DNA from: Escherichia phage 285P
Sequence record: NC_015249.1
Strand: one strand, 5' to 3'
DNA length: 39,270 nt
Part shown: one piece after another, positions 26,206-36,139 of the stretch
How the letters are laid out: the number at the start of each line of letters is the position of its first letter
How positions within the stretch are numbered: the stretch's first letter is position 1
Program-made: the position numbers and the translations under genes
The notes under the pieces: generated by a model
Databases searched by the model: none
The model's input: the letters and a program-made list of their open reading frames with translations, nothing else
What the model was told of the DNA's origin: nothing

Positions 26206-26811
26206 ATGTGCTGGATGGCTGCAATCCCTATCGCTATGCAAGGCGCTTCCATGATTATGGGAGGTATGCAGGGTGAACAGGCAAAGGCCGCACAGATTGA
26301 CCAAGGTCGTCGTCAAAGTATGCAGATGCTGAAGGAGATGAACTACAACGAAGCTAACCTTAAGTTAGAATCTCGTGACCTCATTGACTCCACCGTGCAA
26401 GAGATGACCCAATCGAATATGAACCGTGTGAGAAACATGGGGACTATCCGCGCGGCAATCGGTGAAGGGATGCTTGAAGGTAACTCTATGGAACGTGTAA
26501 CCCGCGTTACCGAGGGTGACTTCCTTCGAGAGTCTCAAGGTCTCACTGAGAACTACCAACGTGACTATAGTGTCATCTTAGGGAAGCGTTTAGCTAACCA
26601 CGAGAACACAGTGAGTCAGATTAAAGAAATCAACAACTCTGAGCCACGGCTTAAAGGCAAGCTGGAACAAATTATCGACCCATTAGGCTTAGGCTTAACG
26701 AAGCTGGTTGATGTTGCAACTGCTGGTAGTCCTCTAACCAATAAGTTAGGTAAGAAGGCTGCTGCTAAGGTCAAGGCTTCAGATGCCAAGTCAACAGGCC
26801 AAGGTAAATAA
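26206..26811 (+). CDS. 14: internal virion (ejection) protein B
   Basis: 201 aa; N-terminus MCWMAAIPIA and R.AIGE.MLEG.SM.R..RVTEG match T7 gp14. Confidence 0.9.
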   Translation: MCWMAAIPIAMQGASMIMGGMQGEQAKAAQIDQGRRQSMQMLKEMNYNEANLKLESRDLIDSTVQEMTQSNMNRVRNMGTIRAAIGEGMLEGNSMERVTRVTEGDFLRESQGLTENYQRDYSVILGKRLANHENTVSQIKEINNSEPRLKGKLEQIIDPLGLGLTKLVDVATAGSPLTNKLGKKAAAKVKASDAKSTGQGK

Positions 26812-26825
26812 AGGAGGTACAGTTT

Positions 26826-29105
26826 ATGAGTAAGTTAGCTCAAGCATTGGGTAGCATGAACGCTCCGACTACCAGTCGTCTGCGTGGCACTGGTCGTATG
26901 GAAGTTAAGGCCGCAACAGTATATGAAGACCCTAAGTATGCCGAGAAGTCAAAGCTGATTGGCACTGTGGGTAAACTTGCTGAGATGGGCGCAGATGCTT
27001 ACATGAAGTATGACCAGTATCAGAAGGATAAAGCAGACGAACGCTCAAACGAGATTATTCGTAAGCTGACTCCTGAACAACGCCGAGAGGCCATTAAGAA
27101 TGGAACCCTGTTATATCAGGACGACCCATACGCAATGGAAGCACTTAAGGTGAAGACTGGTCGTAACGCCGCGTATCTCGTTGATGACGAGGTGGCGCAG
27201 AAGGTCAAGAACGGTGAGTTCCGTACTCGTCAAGAGATGGAAGAGTTTCGTCATAGCCGACTACAGGAAGCCGCTAAGAACTATGCGGAACAGTTTGGTA
27301 TCGACGAGACCGATGAGCATTACCAGAAGGGATTCAACTCTGACATCACCGAGCGTAACATTGCTCTCTATGGTGCTCATGATAACTTCCTGAGTGACCA
27401 AGCTAAGAAGGGTGCTGTCATCAACAGCCGCGTAGAGTTGAACTCTGTGTTGAACGACCCGGACACTCTGCGTTCTCCTTATGCTGGTGAGTTCTTTGAG
27501 AACTACTTCAGTGCCGGATTGACTACAGGAAGTATCCCTAGTGATGACCAAGCGTTCACCATGATTAGCCAAGGTCTCTCTGACGTGGTTAACCGTGAGG
27601 GCGGTGGTCAGTTCCTGCAACAGATTGAGAACCGAAAGGTAAAACTGCATGGCAAGGAGACTACCTTCAAGGAACTGATGGGTGCCGAACAGTGGAATAA
27701 CTTGATGGTCAAGGCTCAACACAATGAGTTCCAGTTGAATGCCAAGAAGACCGAGGCATTCCAACTCAATGTGAACTCTGCGTTGAACCAAGAGAACGTG
27801 AACACTGGATGGGAACAGCTACAATCCATCAAGGCAGAACTGGATACACTGCAACCGGGCGAAGAGATGACACCTGAACGTCAGGCTCTAATCAACGCAC
27901 AGACGCAGATGCAGGACCGCATGAAGCGAGAGACTGCCGAGTTAGCCAAGCAGATGGATAAGCAACAGAAGTCAATGAACAAGATGAACGTCATTGATGC
28001 ACAGTTCCAGAAGCGACTCAACGGTGAATATGTGTCTACTGCGTATGGCGATATGCCAACCAATGAGAACACTGGCGAGTTCACCCATAGTGACATGGTT
28101 AACTATGCGAACAAGAAGTTAGCCGACATTGACGCTATGGACATCCCTGCTGAACAGAAGGACCGAATGAAGCTGGACTACCTCAAGGCTGACTCTGAGA
28201 AGGGTGCTTTCCGTACTGCGGTTGGTGAACTTATTGGGGACGCTGAGAAGGAGTGGACGTCCGCTGTGATTAACGGGAAGATGCCAGAAGATGGTGGAGT
28301 GGCACTTAATGCTCTTCGTCGTGTTCGTAATGCTGACCCTGAGTTATTCGCTGCACTCTATCCTGATAAAGCCGAGATGTTCCTCACGATGGACATGATG
28401 GACAACCAAGGGATTGACCCACAAATCCTGCTGGATGCAGATAAGGCTCGACAGTCTCTTACCAAAGAGATGCAGTACGAGGATGACAAGGCTTGGGCTT
28501 CGCTGAAGAACAACTCCGAGTCTCCCGAACTGTCCCGTATGCCAGCCACCTTGGACGCTGGTGCTCGTAAGATTTATGACTCTGTGAAGTACCGTACTGG
28601 CAATGCTGATATGGCAATGCAACAGGTCGATAAGTATCTCAAAGAGAACACAACGACTCTCACTGGTGATGGTGTTGATGGTGATACCATCGGTGTCTTA
28701 ACGAGAAACTCCCTGCGTGTGACCGATGACCCGAACTCTTGGAAACAAGGTAAGGACATCATCGACCAAGCCGCTAAGAAACTCGCTGAGACGAACCCTT
28801 GGGTTACTAACAAGCAACTCACTGTGTTCGAGCGTGGTGACTCTATCTACCTGATGGACACTACCGGACAGGTTAACGTAAGGTACGACAAGCAGTTGCT
28901 CTCTAAGATGTACCAAGAGAATCAGGCCAAGTTGGATGCGGAAGCACGAGACAAGGCACTCAAAGATGCCAACAAGCGAACCCTGCATACACGAGCTATG
29001 AACCGTAAGCGCGAACGTGAAGCCAAGAAACCTAAGCGTTCTGGTAGCATGTACGACTCGGTGAGTGGTAAAGGTATTCTGGACACGCTGACTGGTAAAG
29101 ACTAA
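26826..29105 (+). CDS. 15: internal virion (ejection/core) protein C
   Basis: 759 aa (T7 gp15 is 747); position. Confidence 0.9.
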   Translation: MSKLAQALGSMNAPTTSRLRGTGRMEVKAATVYEDPKYAEKSKLIGTVGKLAEMGADAYMKYDQYQKDKADERSNEIIRKLTPEQRREAIKNGTLLYQDDPYAMEALKVKTGRNAAYLVDDEVAQKVKNGEFRTRQEMEEFRHSRLQEAAKNYAEQFGIDETDEHYQKGFNSDITERNIALYGAHDNFLSDQAKKGAVINSRVELNSVLNDPDTLRSPYAGEFFENYFSAGLTTGSIPSDDQAFTMISQGLSDVVNREGGGQFLQQIENRKVKLHGKETTFKELMGAEQWNNLMVKAQHNEFQLNAKKTEAFQLNVNSALNQENVNTGWEQLQSIKAELDTLQPGEEMTPERQALINAQTQMQDRMKRETAELAKQMDKQQKSMNKMNVIDAQFQKRLNGEYVSTAYGDMPTNENTGEFTHSDMVNYANKKLADIDAMDIPAEQKDRMKLDYLKADSEKGAFRTAVGELIGDAEKEWTSAVINGKMPEDGGVALNALRRVRNADPELFAALYPDKAEMFLTMDMMDNQGIDPQILLDADKARQSLTKEMQYEDDKAWASLKNNSESPELSRMPATLDAGARKIYDSVKYRTGNADMAMQQVDKYLKENTTTLTGDGVDGDTIGVLTRNSLRVTDDPNSWKQGKDIIDQAAKKLAETNPWVTNKQLTVFERGDSIYLMDTTGQVNVRYDKQLLSKMYQENQAKLDAEARDKALKDANKRTLHTRAMNRKREREAKKPKRSGSMYDSVSGKGILDTLTGKD

Positions 29106-29128
29106 CAGACCACGATAGGAGGTTTCAA

Positions 29129-32100
29129 GTGGATAAGTATAACCCGAACGAACCGCATGAATATGATGCGTTATTTCAACAAGCCGCTGACACACATGGA
29201 GTCTCCTATGGCCTTCTTCGGAAGGTCGGTTGGGTAGAGTCCCGCTTTAAACCTACGGCTCAATCACCAACAGGGCCGAGAGGTGTCATGCAGTTCACTA
29301 AGGCAACTGGTCAGGCTTATGGTCTCCAGAACGATGAGGACTTCACTGACCCGGCTAAGTCCATTGATGCAGGTGCTCGTTACCTTGCAGACCTCGTTAA
29401 GAAGTACAATGGTGACGAACTGAAAGCTGCCCTAGCGTACAACCAAGGTGAAGGCCGTAATGGTAAGCCTCAACTGGAAGCCTACGATTCTGGTAACTTT
29501 GCCAGCATTGGGGATGAAGGCCGTAACTATCTGCGTTCACTTCTGGATGTCGCTAAGTCACCTAAGAGTGGGGACATCGAGTCATTCGGTGGTATCACCC
29601 CAAAGGGTAAAGGGATTCCGTTTGATGCTGCGATGAGTGGTATCGGGAAGAAAGGAAAGGTAACAACTGAACTCCCTGAGTCTCACTCAATGTCCTTTCA
29701 AGGTAAAGAACAGGCCACTCCCAATCAGCCGTTCGGTAAAGACTATTGGGAAGCCAAAGGAACTACACTCGACGAAGCTAATGAGCGTTCAACCTTCTTC
29801 GGATTTGGAAATGCTGCTGAAGCAGAACTCTCCAACTCAACATTGGGTGTGGCCTTCCGTGCTGGTAAGCGTGATAATGGTTTCGATGTTGTTACTGACG
29901 TATTACAACCGACACGGTTCAACAGCCACATTTGGTCGCCTGAAGAACTCGAAAGGATTCGCAACGAAGTGAAGAACCCTGCGTATATGAACGTAGTGCT
30001 TGGAGGTTCCTCTGAGAATCTGGATGAACTCATCAAGTTAGCCAATGAGAACTTCGAGTTGGACTCTAAGGCTGCTGATGCTGGTCTTGGTGCCAAACTG
30101 TCTGCTGGCCTTATTGGTGCTGGTGTGGACCCTCTGACCTACGTTCCAATCGCTGGGACTGCGGCTAAGGGATTCAAACTGGTAAACAAGGCGCTGATTG
30201 TAGGTGCACAGGCAGGTGCTCTCAACGTTGCCTCTGAAGGTCTGCGTACATCGGTTGCTGGTGGTGATGCTCACTATGCCGAAGCTGCCCTTGCTGGTAT
30301 GCTGTTCGCAGGTGGACTGACTGCTATTGCTGACGGTGTTGCCGCAGGTCTCCGTAAGTCCGGTGCTGAACAGATTGAGAACCCATTCGCTGCTGCACAG
30401 ATGCGCTTTGAGGCTCGTGAGACTGCACGTAACACTGGCGGTTATGACGCAAGCCGTATGCCTCCAAGTGAAGACCGAGTGTTCTCACAGCACAATGGCG
30501 TTGAGTATGCACCTCTTGAAACTGAACCGGGTGCTGTAGTGTTGCGTGATGGTTCCATTATCAGTGACACAAACTTGGCTAACCCGATGACAGCCAAAGA
30601 GTTCGCAGAAGTAGACCCTGAACGTGCTGCGTGGGGCTTGCCTATGCGTGGATTGAGTGAAATCGGCTTGAGGACTTTACGTTCTGAACATGCTGAAATC
30701 CGTGGTCTCGCTAAGGACTTAGTGCGTTCACCTACAGGGATGGAGTCTGGCTCACATGGTAAGTTCGGTGCTACCGCATCTGACATCAAAGAGCGACTGC
30801 ACAGTACCAACCAGCGAACCTACAATGACCTCTACGCTGCAATGAAGAAAGCAATGGCTGACCCTGAGTGGTCCGTGGGTATGTTCAAGCGTGGTGCTCA
30901 AGGTGCCCGTCAGGAAATCTATCGTCGTGCTGCTATCGCTATTGAGCGTCCAGAACTTCAAGCCAACTTAACGAAGGCTGAGCGTAAGGTGATGGACATC
31001 ATGAAGGAACACTTCGACCTCAAGCGTGAGATGATGGAGAACCCTGCGATGTTTGGTAACAAGGCAACTTCAATCTTCCCTAACAGTCGTCACAAGGGTA
31101 CTTACGTTCCTCATGTGTACTCACGGGAAGCCAAGCAGTTGTACTCACAGGCTCTTGGTGGCTCTGACGGTTTACAGGAAGCTATCGCTGCAAGCTGGAT
31201 GACATCTTATCGTGCACGTACAGAAGTTAAGGCTCGTGTTGATGAGCACTTAGCGGAGACCTTGGGTATCGACCCTAAAGCTGTTACCGAAGAGATGGTG
31301 ATGAAACATGCCAGCGACAAGGCCTATGGTATTGCGAAGACTGATGAGTTCAACTCTTCAAGTGTCATTGACGACAACATTGAGGGTCTCGTAGGGATTG
31401 AGAACAACTCGTTCCTTGAAGCCCGTAACCTGTTCGACTCTGACATGCCAGTCACTTTACCGAATGGACAACAGTTCTCCGTGAATGACCTCCGAGACTT
31501 CGATATGAAGCATGTGATGCCAGCATATGACCGCCGTGTTGATGGTGATATTGCTATCATGGGTGGTACAGGAAAGACGACTGCTGAACTCAAGGATTCC
31601 ATTATGGCTCTCGATAAGAAGTCTGAAGGTAAAGGCACAATGAAAGGTGAAGTGGAAGCACTCAAGGATACCGTTAAGATTCTCACAGGCCGTGCTCGAC
31701 GCAATCAGGATACTATGGGTGACACTATGGTCCGCGCTATGTCCGATATGTCCTTCTTTACGAAGAACGCATATATGGGCTTGCAGAACCTAACTGAAAT
31801 CTCTGGTCTCTTGGCGAAAGGTAACACCCGTGCGATGCTTCATGGCATTCCAGCTCTGCGTGACCTAGCATTCAGCAACAAGCCAGTGTCCGGTAAGGAA
31901 CTTAAGGAACTACACTCTATGGTGTTCGGTAAAGAGTTTGATGACTTAATCAGACCGACACGTCAGGACATCATTCAGCGACTCCGTGAATCTACGGATA
32001 CACCTGATGTTGCCGCTAAGGTTGTTGGTACGGTTAAGCACACCACTCAAGAGTTGGCTGCTCGCTCTCCGTTCACTAAGTTCCTCAATGGTACTTCCAA

Positions 32101-33076
32101 CTACATTCTGGACATGGCCCGTCAAGGTGTCATGGGGGATGTGGTAACTCACGCCATTACTGGTAAGGGTGCCAACAAGTGGATTAAAGGTGACATGCTG
32201 AAATCTGCGAGTATCTCTAAGGAACAATGGGAAGGCATTCAGAACCTCATCCGCGAGAACGTCACTCAAGGCGCTGACGGCAAGTACACCTTCAAGGACA
32301 AGCGCAAGCTGGCTAATGACCCACGAGCTATGGACCTGTGGCGACTGGCTGATAAGGTAGCTGATGAAACCATGCTGAGACCACACAAGGTGTCCTTACA
32401 GGATTCCCATGCGTTCGGGGCAACCGCTAAGTTGGTCCTTCAGTTTAAGTCATTCGTAATCAAGTCGATGAACTCTAAGTTTATCAGAAGTAGACACGAG
32501 ATGGCACACAACCACCGCGCTATGGACATGGCACTAACCTATGCTATCTCTGGTGGTATCGCTGGCTCCTACTATGTGGCACAGGCCCACTTGAAGGCCG
32601 CTGGTCTTCCTAAAGAGCAACAGAAGGATTACCTGAAGAAAGCTCTTGACCCTAAGATGATTGCCTACGCTGCTGCGTCCCGAAGTTCACACCTTGGGTC
32701 GCCTCTGAGTATCGCAAACTTCGCTATGGGTGCTGCTGGTTATGACCAAGGTCTCATGGTCCGCTCTACGATTCTCCCGAAAGGTGAGGACAAGCGGGAA
32801 CGGAACAAGGCGGTAACTTCTCGTGACATGAGTGACTCCATTATGGGTGCATTGGGTGAACAGATTCCTGCTCTTGGGTTAGCTGGGGCAACCTTTGCTG
32901 CTGGTCGAAATGCTTATGGTGTCCTTACGGCTCCTAATAAAGTGACCGAGCGTGAGATGATGACTGGCCTAATGAATGCTCATCGTGAGATGGTTCCGAA
33001 TGACCCTATCACTCAACAGATGCTCATTAAGTTCTATGAGGCCAACGGTGTTCACCTGAAGTCCGACAAGAAGTAA
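29129..33076 (+). CDS. 16: internal virion protein D with N-terminal lytic transglycosylase domain
   Basis: 1315 aa (T7 gp16 is 1318); N-terminus MDKYNPNEP...GVSYGLLRKVGWVESRF.PTA.S.TGP.G.MQFTKAT matches T7 gp16; GTG start 6 nt after AGGAGG. Confidence 0.95.
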   Translation: MDKYNPNEPHEYDALFQQAADTHGVSYGLLRKVGWVESRFKPTAQSPTGPRGVMQFTKATGQAYGLQNDEDFTDPAKSIDAGARYLADLVKKYNGDELKAALAYNQGEGRNGKPQLEAYDSGNFASIGDEGRNYLRSLLDVAKSPKSGDIESFGGITPKGKGIPFDAAMSGIGKKGKVTTELPESHSMSFQGKEQATPNQPFGKDYWEAKGTTLDEANERSTFFGFGNAAEAELSNSTLGVAFRAGKRDNGFDVVTDVLQPTRFNSHIWSPEELERIRNEVKNPAYMNVVLGGSSENLDELIKLANENFELDSKAADAGLGAKLSAGLIGAGVDPLTYVPIAGTAAKGFKLVNKALIVGAQAGALNVASEGLRTSVAGGDAHYAEAALAGMLFAGGLTAIADGVAAGLRKSGAEQIENPFAAAQMRFEARETARNTGGYDASRMPPSEDRVFSQHNGVEYAPLETEPGAVVLRDGSIISDTNLANPMTAKEFAEVDPERAAWGLPMRGLSEIGLRTLRSEHAEIRGLAKDLVRSPTGMESGSHGKFGATASDIKERLHSTNQRTYNDLYAAMKKAMADPEWSVGMFKRGAQGARQEIYRRAAIAIERPELQANLTKAERKVMDIMKEHFDLKREMMENPAMFGNKATSIFPNSRHKGTYVPHVYSREAKQLYSQALGGSDGLQEAIAASWMTSYRARTEVKARVDEHLAETLGIDPKAVTEEMVMKHASDKAYGIAKTDEFNSSSVIDDNIEGLVGIENNSFLEARNLFDSDMPVTLPNGQQFSVNDLRDFDMKHVMPAYDRRVDGDIAIMGGTGKTTAELKDSIMALDKKSEGKGTMKGEVEALKDTVKILTGRARRNQDTMGDTMVRAMSDMSFFTKNAYMGLQNLTEISGLLAKGNTRAMLHGIPALRDLAFSNKPVSGKELKELHSMVFGKEFDDLIRPTRQDIIQRLRESTDTPDVAAKVVGTVKHTTQELAARSPFTKFLNGTSNYILDMARQGVMGDVVTHAITGKGANKWIKGDMLKSASISKEQWEGIQNLIRENVTQGADGKYTFKDKRKLANDPRAMDLWRLADKVADETMLRPHKVSLQDSHAFGATAKLVLQFKSFVIKSMNSKFIRSRHEMAHNHRAMDMALTYAISGGIAGSYYVAQAHLKAAGLPKEQQKDYLKKALDPKMIAYAAASRSSHLGSPLSIANFAMGAAGYDQGLMVRSTILPKGEDKRERNKAVTSRDMSDSIMGALGEQIPALGLAGATFAAGRNAYGVLTAPNKVTEREMMTGLMNAHREMVPNDPITQQMLIKFYEANGVHLKSDKK

Positions 33077-33077
33077 T

Positions 33078-33100
33078 CAATACGACTCACTATTGGGAAG
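33078..33100 (+). promoter_or_regulatory. T7-type promoter (phi17-like) CAATACGACTCACTATTGGGAAG
   Basis: Seen: overlaps the gene 16 stop; 5' hairpin GGGAAGG..CTTCCC follows. Confidence 0.8.
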
Positions 33101-33147
33101 GCTAACACAGCTTCCCTTTATTATACCTAACCGAAAGGAGGCTACAG

Positions 33148-35079
33148 ATGGCTAACAAAATTTCCACTGTGCGTACTTACCCACTTAATGGTGCCGTGAA
33201 CTTTACAATCACCTTTGAGTATCTGGCCCGTAAGTTCGTGCAAGTAACCCTAATTGGTAAAGACCGTAAGGAACTGGTTCTCAATCAGGACTACCGATTT
33301 ACCTCTAAGACGCAAATCACAACCTCTCGTACTTGGACTGCCGCAGATGGCTACCAGATGATTGAGATTCGTCGATTCACTTCAGCTACTGACCGTCTGG
33401 TTGACTTTGCTGATGGCTCTATCCTTCGTGCATATGACCTGAACATCTCACAGATTCAGACTCTGCACGTTGCTGAGGAAGCACGAGACCTCACTGCTGA
33501 TACTATTGGTGTCAACAACGATGGTCACTTAGATGCCCGTGGTCGTAAGATTGTGAACCTTGCGTTCGCTACCAATGACTATGATGCTGTTCCTCTGAAG
33601 CAGGTTAAGGAGCGTGAGTCCTCCGCGTGGAATGCTGTTACTAAGGCAAACGAACACGCCGACCGTTCTAATCGAGAGGCTAATCGTTCTCGTGATGAGG
33701 CTAACCGTGCTCAACGTGAAGCTGACCGTGCAACTCAACAAGCAGGTATCTCTACGGCACAAGCGGTTGAGTCCAAGAAGCAAGCTGACCGTTCCAACTC
33801 TGAGGCCAACCGTGCTAAAGGATATGCTGATAGTATGACCGCAAGTGTCGCTGAGGCCAAGAAGCAAGCTGACCGTTCTAACTCTGAGGCCAATCGTGCT
33901 CGTGATGAGGCCAATCGTGCTGCCGGAGAAGTGACTAAAGCTGCTGCTGAGGTTGCCAAGGCTGCTGCACATGTTGAGACCGCTAAGGGACATGCTGACC
34001 GAGCCAACACTGAGGCAAACCGCTCTAAGAGTGAGGCTGACCGTGCTAAGTCTGAGGCCGACAAGTTGGGTAATATGAATGACCTAGCGGGAACCATTGA
34101 GAGCATTGGGAGTAACGGCAAGGATATTAACTTCAAGGGTGGCGTGAATGGGAATACAATGCTTGCTAAGGATTCTATCCATGCTGGGGTACAACCAAAC
34201 ACAGCGTTCCTAAATGATAACACGCTACGCCTTCGCAACAGAGACCACAAAGAGCGCGCTTGGGACATCTTTGTTTGGGGCAACAATACAGGACGTGGGA
34301 ATGTGTTGGAGTTTGGGTCTAATTATGGTAAAGGGTATGGGATGTACTTGCAGTTTGGTGGGGCTGATTCTCAAGACGCACACCTGCAAATTAATGGCTC
34401 GCTTACCACGAAGACTAACTTTAATGCAGACGGTTCAATCGACGCAAGGGGTGTTTTACAGACTCGCTCACAGAACCTGCTGATGATTAACTCTGCTCGT
34501 CGGCATATTCAAATGAAAACAAGCGATTCCTACACTGACGGTTATCTCTACAAAGACCCCGGTGCTGGGGCTTGGCGATTCAACTTTGGTCAGGCAGCTA
34601 ACAGGGAATATTCTTTTGACTCGAATGGTACTCTATCATCTAGCTCCGGGTGGAACATCCCGCCAGATGGGAACCTGTACATCAAAAAGTACAACCTGTA
34701 TATTGATGCGTGGGTGAACAAACGACTAGTGGAACATGCCTACAATAAGACTGAGACTAACAACCTAGTCAATGGACGATTAACTCAAGCGCAAGCTGAC
34801 GGTCGATACATTCGTAAGAATGCTGGCTGGGCTGAGGTGTGGAAAGGTTCCGCTGGTGGTGGGGTATCCGTAGGTCTCTCTCAAGATGTCCGCTGGAGAA
34901 CCATCTGGATTCAAACACGAGGTCGTTGGAACCCGGTTGAGATTGGGGACAACGGGGCTTACTACATCTCATCACATGGTGGGTGGTTGACCTTCACAAT
35001 CTCCAACAATGGGCGTACATTCCGTAACGATGGAGACAGGGCTTCTGTTCCTACTCGTATCCTTGTACGTAACGACTAA
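33148..35079 (+). CDS. 17: tail fiber protein
   Basis: 643 aa; N-terminal ~150 aa and C-terminal ~80 aa match T7 gp17 (553 aa) as recalled; central region expanded with AxRSNxEANRA-type repeats. Confidence 0.95.
   Translation: MANKISTVRTYPLNGAVNFTITFEYLARKFVQVTLIGKDRKELVLNQDYRFTSKTQITTSRTWTAADGYQMIEIRRFTSATDRLVDFADGSILRAYDLNISQIQTLHVAEEARDLTADTIGVNNDGHLDARGRKIVNLAFATNDYDAVPLKQVKERESSAWNAVTKANEHADRSNREANRSRDEANRAQREADRATQQAGISTAQAVESKKQADRSNSEANRAKGYADSMTASVAEAKKQADRSNSEANRARDEANRAAGEVTKAAAEVAKAAAHVETAKGHADRANTEANRSKSEADRAKSEADKLGNMNDLAGTIESIGSNGKDINFKGGVNGNTMLAKDSIHAGVQPNTAFLNDNTLRLRNRDHKERAWDIFVWGNNTGRGNVLEFGSNYGKGYGMYLQFGGADSQDAHLQINGSLTTKTNFNADGSIDARGVLQTRSQNLLMINSARRHIQMKTSDSYTDGYLYKDPGAGAWRFNFGQAANREYSFDSNGTLSSSSGWNIPPDGNLYIKKYNLYIDAWVNKRLVEHAYNKTETNNLVNGRLTQAQADGRYIRKNAGWAEVWKGSAGGGVSVGLSQDVRWRTIWIQTRGRWNPVEIGDNGAYYISSHGGWLTFTISNNGRTFRNDGDRASVPTRILVRND
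33650..34070 (+). repeat. imperfect tandem repeats inside the tail-fiber shaft (84-nt period; 42-bp near-identical units at 33775-33816 and 33859-33900)
   Basis: Seen: AAGAAGCAAGCTGACCGTTC(C/T)AACTCTGAGGCCAA(C/T)CGTGCT twice plus degenerate copies; encodes (KKQ)ADRSNSEANRA repeats. Confidence 0.75.
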
Positions 35080-35126
35080 TGGACAACATATAGACCACGG
35101 ATGGTCTCAACAATAAGGAGGACACA

Positions 35127-35333
35127 ATGTTGTCTTTAGATTTTAACAACGAGGTAGTGAAGGCTGCTCCGATTGTAGGGACAGGTGTAGCCGATGGCGC
35201 TGCCCGTCTGTTCTTCGGACTGTCCCTTAACGAGTGGTTCTATGTAGCCGCAATTGCCTACACAGTGGCTCAAATTGGTGCCAAGGTAGTCGATGTGATT
35301 ATCAAATGGAAGAAGGAGGGCAAAGATGTCTAA
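35127..35333 (+). CDS. 17.5: holin (class II)
   Basis: 68 aa; near-identical to T7 gp17.5 as recalled (MLSLDFNNE..KAAPIVGTGVAD..ARLFFGLSLNEWFYVAAIAYTV.QIGAKVVD). Confidence 0.9.
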   Translation: MLSLDFNNEVVKAAPIVGTGVADGAARLFFGLSLNEWFYVAAIAYTVAQIGAKVVDVIIKWKKEGKDV

Positions 35334-35595
35334 CGATAAATCATTAATCCAATTCCTTGAGATGCTGGATACTGAGATGGCTCAACGTATGCTGAAAGAC
35401 CTTCAGGATGACGAGAAGCGCACACCTCAACTTTATAACGCTATCGGGAAACTGCTTGAACGCCATAAGTTCCAAGTCTCCAAGTTACAGCCAGACCGTA
35501 ACATCCTTGGTGGACTGGCAGATGGACTCGAAGAGTACCAGAACATGGTAGGTGCCGATGGTCTCACTGAGGATGAGAAGTACACGCTTAACTGA
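35326..35595 (+). CDS. 18: terminase small subunit
   Basis: 89 aa; KSLI.FLEMLDT.MAQRML.DL.D.E.R.PQLYNAI.KLLERHKFQ match T7 gp18. Confidence 0.9.
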   Translation: MSNDKSLIQFLEMLDTEMAQRMLKDLQDDEKRTPQLYNAIGKLLERHKFQVSKLQPDRNILGGLADGLEEYQNMVGADGLTEDEKYTLN

Positions 35596-35606
35596 TGGTA
35601 ATACTC

Positions 35607-35633
35607 AAGGCCCACTACATCTAGTGGTCTTTA
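35607..35633 (+). promoter_or_regulatory. hairpin AAGGCCCACTA-CATC-TAGTGGTCTTT (possible RNase III/processing site, R18.5 position)
   Basis: Seen: 6-bp perfect stem with AAGG...CTTT flanks reminiscent of the conserved element. Confidence 0.3.
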
Positions 35634-35694
35634 TGAATTATCAACACAACTCACGGTGACGCTACGTGAAATCTGAAAATACAGGAGGGTAGTT

Positions 35695-36138
35695 ATGCTC
35701 AAGAATTTAAAGAGCTACGCCATCGCTGCGGCTTTTGTCTTGGGGATGACCCTTGCGTACAACCACGGCTATGACAAGGCTAACACTAAATGGGAACAGG
35801 AGGTGCACAATGAGTACGTCAAGCAAACTGAGGCGACTGCGAATAAACAGGCTGCTATCAACGAAATCTCACGACAATACCAAGAAGACCTTGCGGCGCT
35901 GGAAGGCAGCACTGATAGGGTCATTAATGATTTGCGTAACGATGGTAAGCGCTTGCGCGTCAAACTATCAGCCACCTCACGAGAACTCCAAGCTAACGGT
36001 GGATGCCTCGCTGATGGTCGAGCCGAACTTGACGAAGAGTTTAGTAAGCGTCTTATCGGAGTAACTCAAAGAGGGGATGCGTGGATTAAGGCGCTCCAAA
36101 ATACAATAACTGAAATGCAATCTAAGAAGGAGAAATAA
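35695..36138 (+). CDS. 18.5: Rz-like i-spanin
   Basis: 147 aa; N-terminal TM then coiled-coil; contains embedded +1 lipoprotein ORF. Confidence 0.9.
   Translation: MLKNLKSYAIAAAFVLGMTLAYNHGYDKANTKWEQEVHNEYVKQTEATANKQAAINEISRQYQEDLAALEGSTDRVINDLRNDGKRLRVKLSATSRELQANGGCLADGRAELDEEFSKRLIGVTQRGDAWIKALQNTITEMQSKKEK
35810..36064 (+). CDS. 18.7: Rz1-like o-spanin (lipoprotein), embedded in Rz in +1 frame
   Basis: 84 aa from Met preceded by GGAGG; lipobox-like MVSAC; C-terminal SLMVEPNLT matches T7 gp18.7. Confidence 0.8.
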   Translation: MSTSSKLRRLRINRLLSTKSHDNTKKTLRRWKAALIGSLMICVTMVSACASNYQPPHENSKLTVDASLMVEPNLTKSLVSVLSE

Positions 36139-36139
36139 T

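Noticed and set aside
35640-35694. Promoter-like fragment ATCAACACAACTCACGGTGACGC upstream of Rz
   Set aside because: Only the CAACTCAC segment matches; the -4..+3 region is unrelated to any other promoter copy, so probably a decayed remnant and not a functional promoter.
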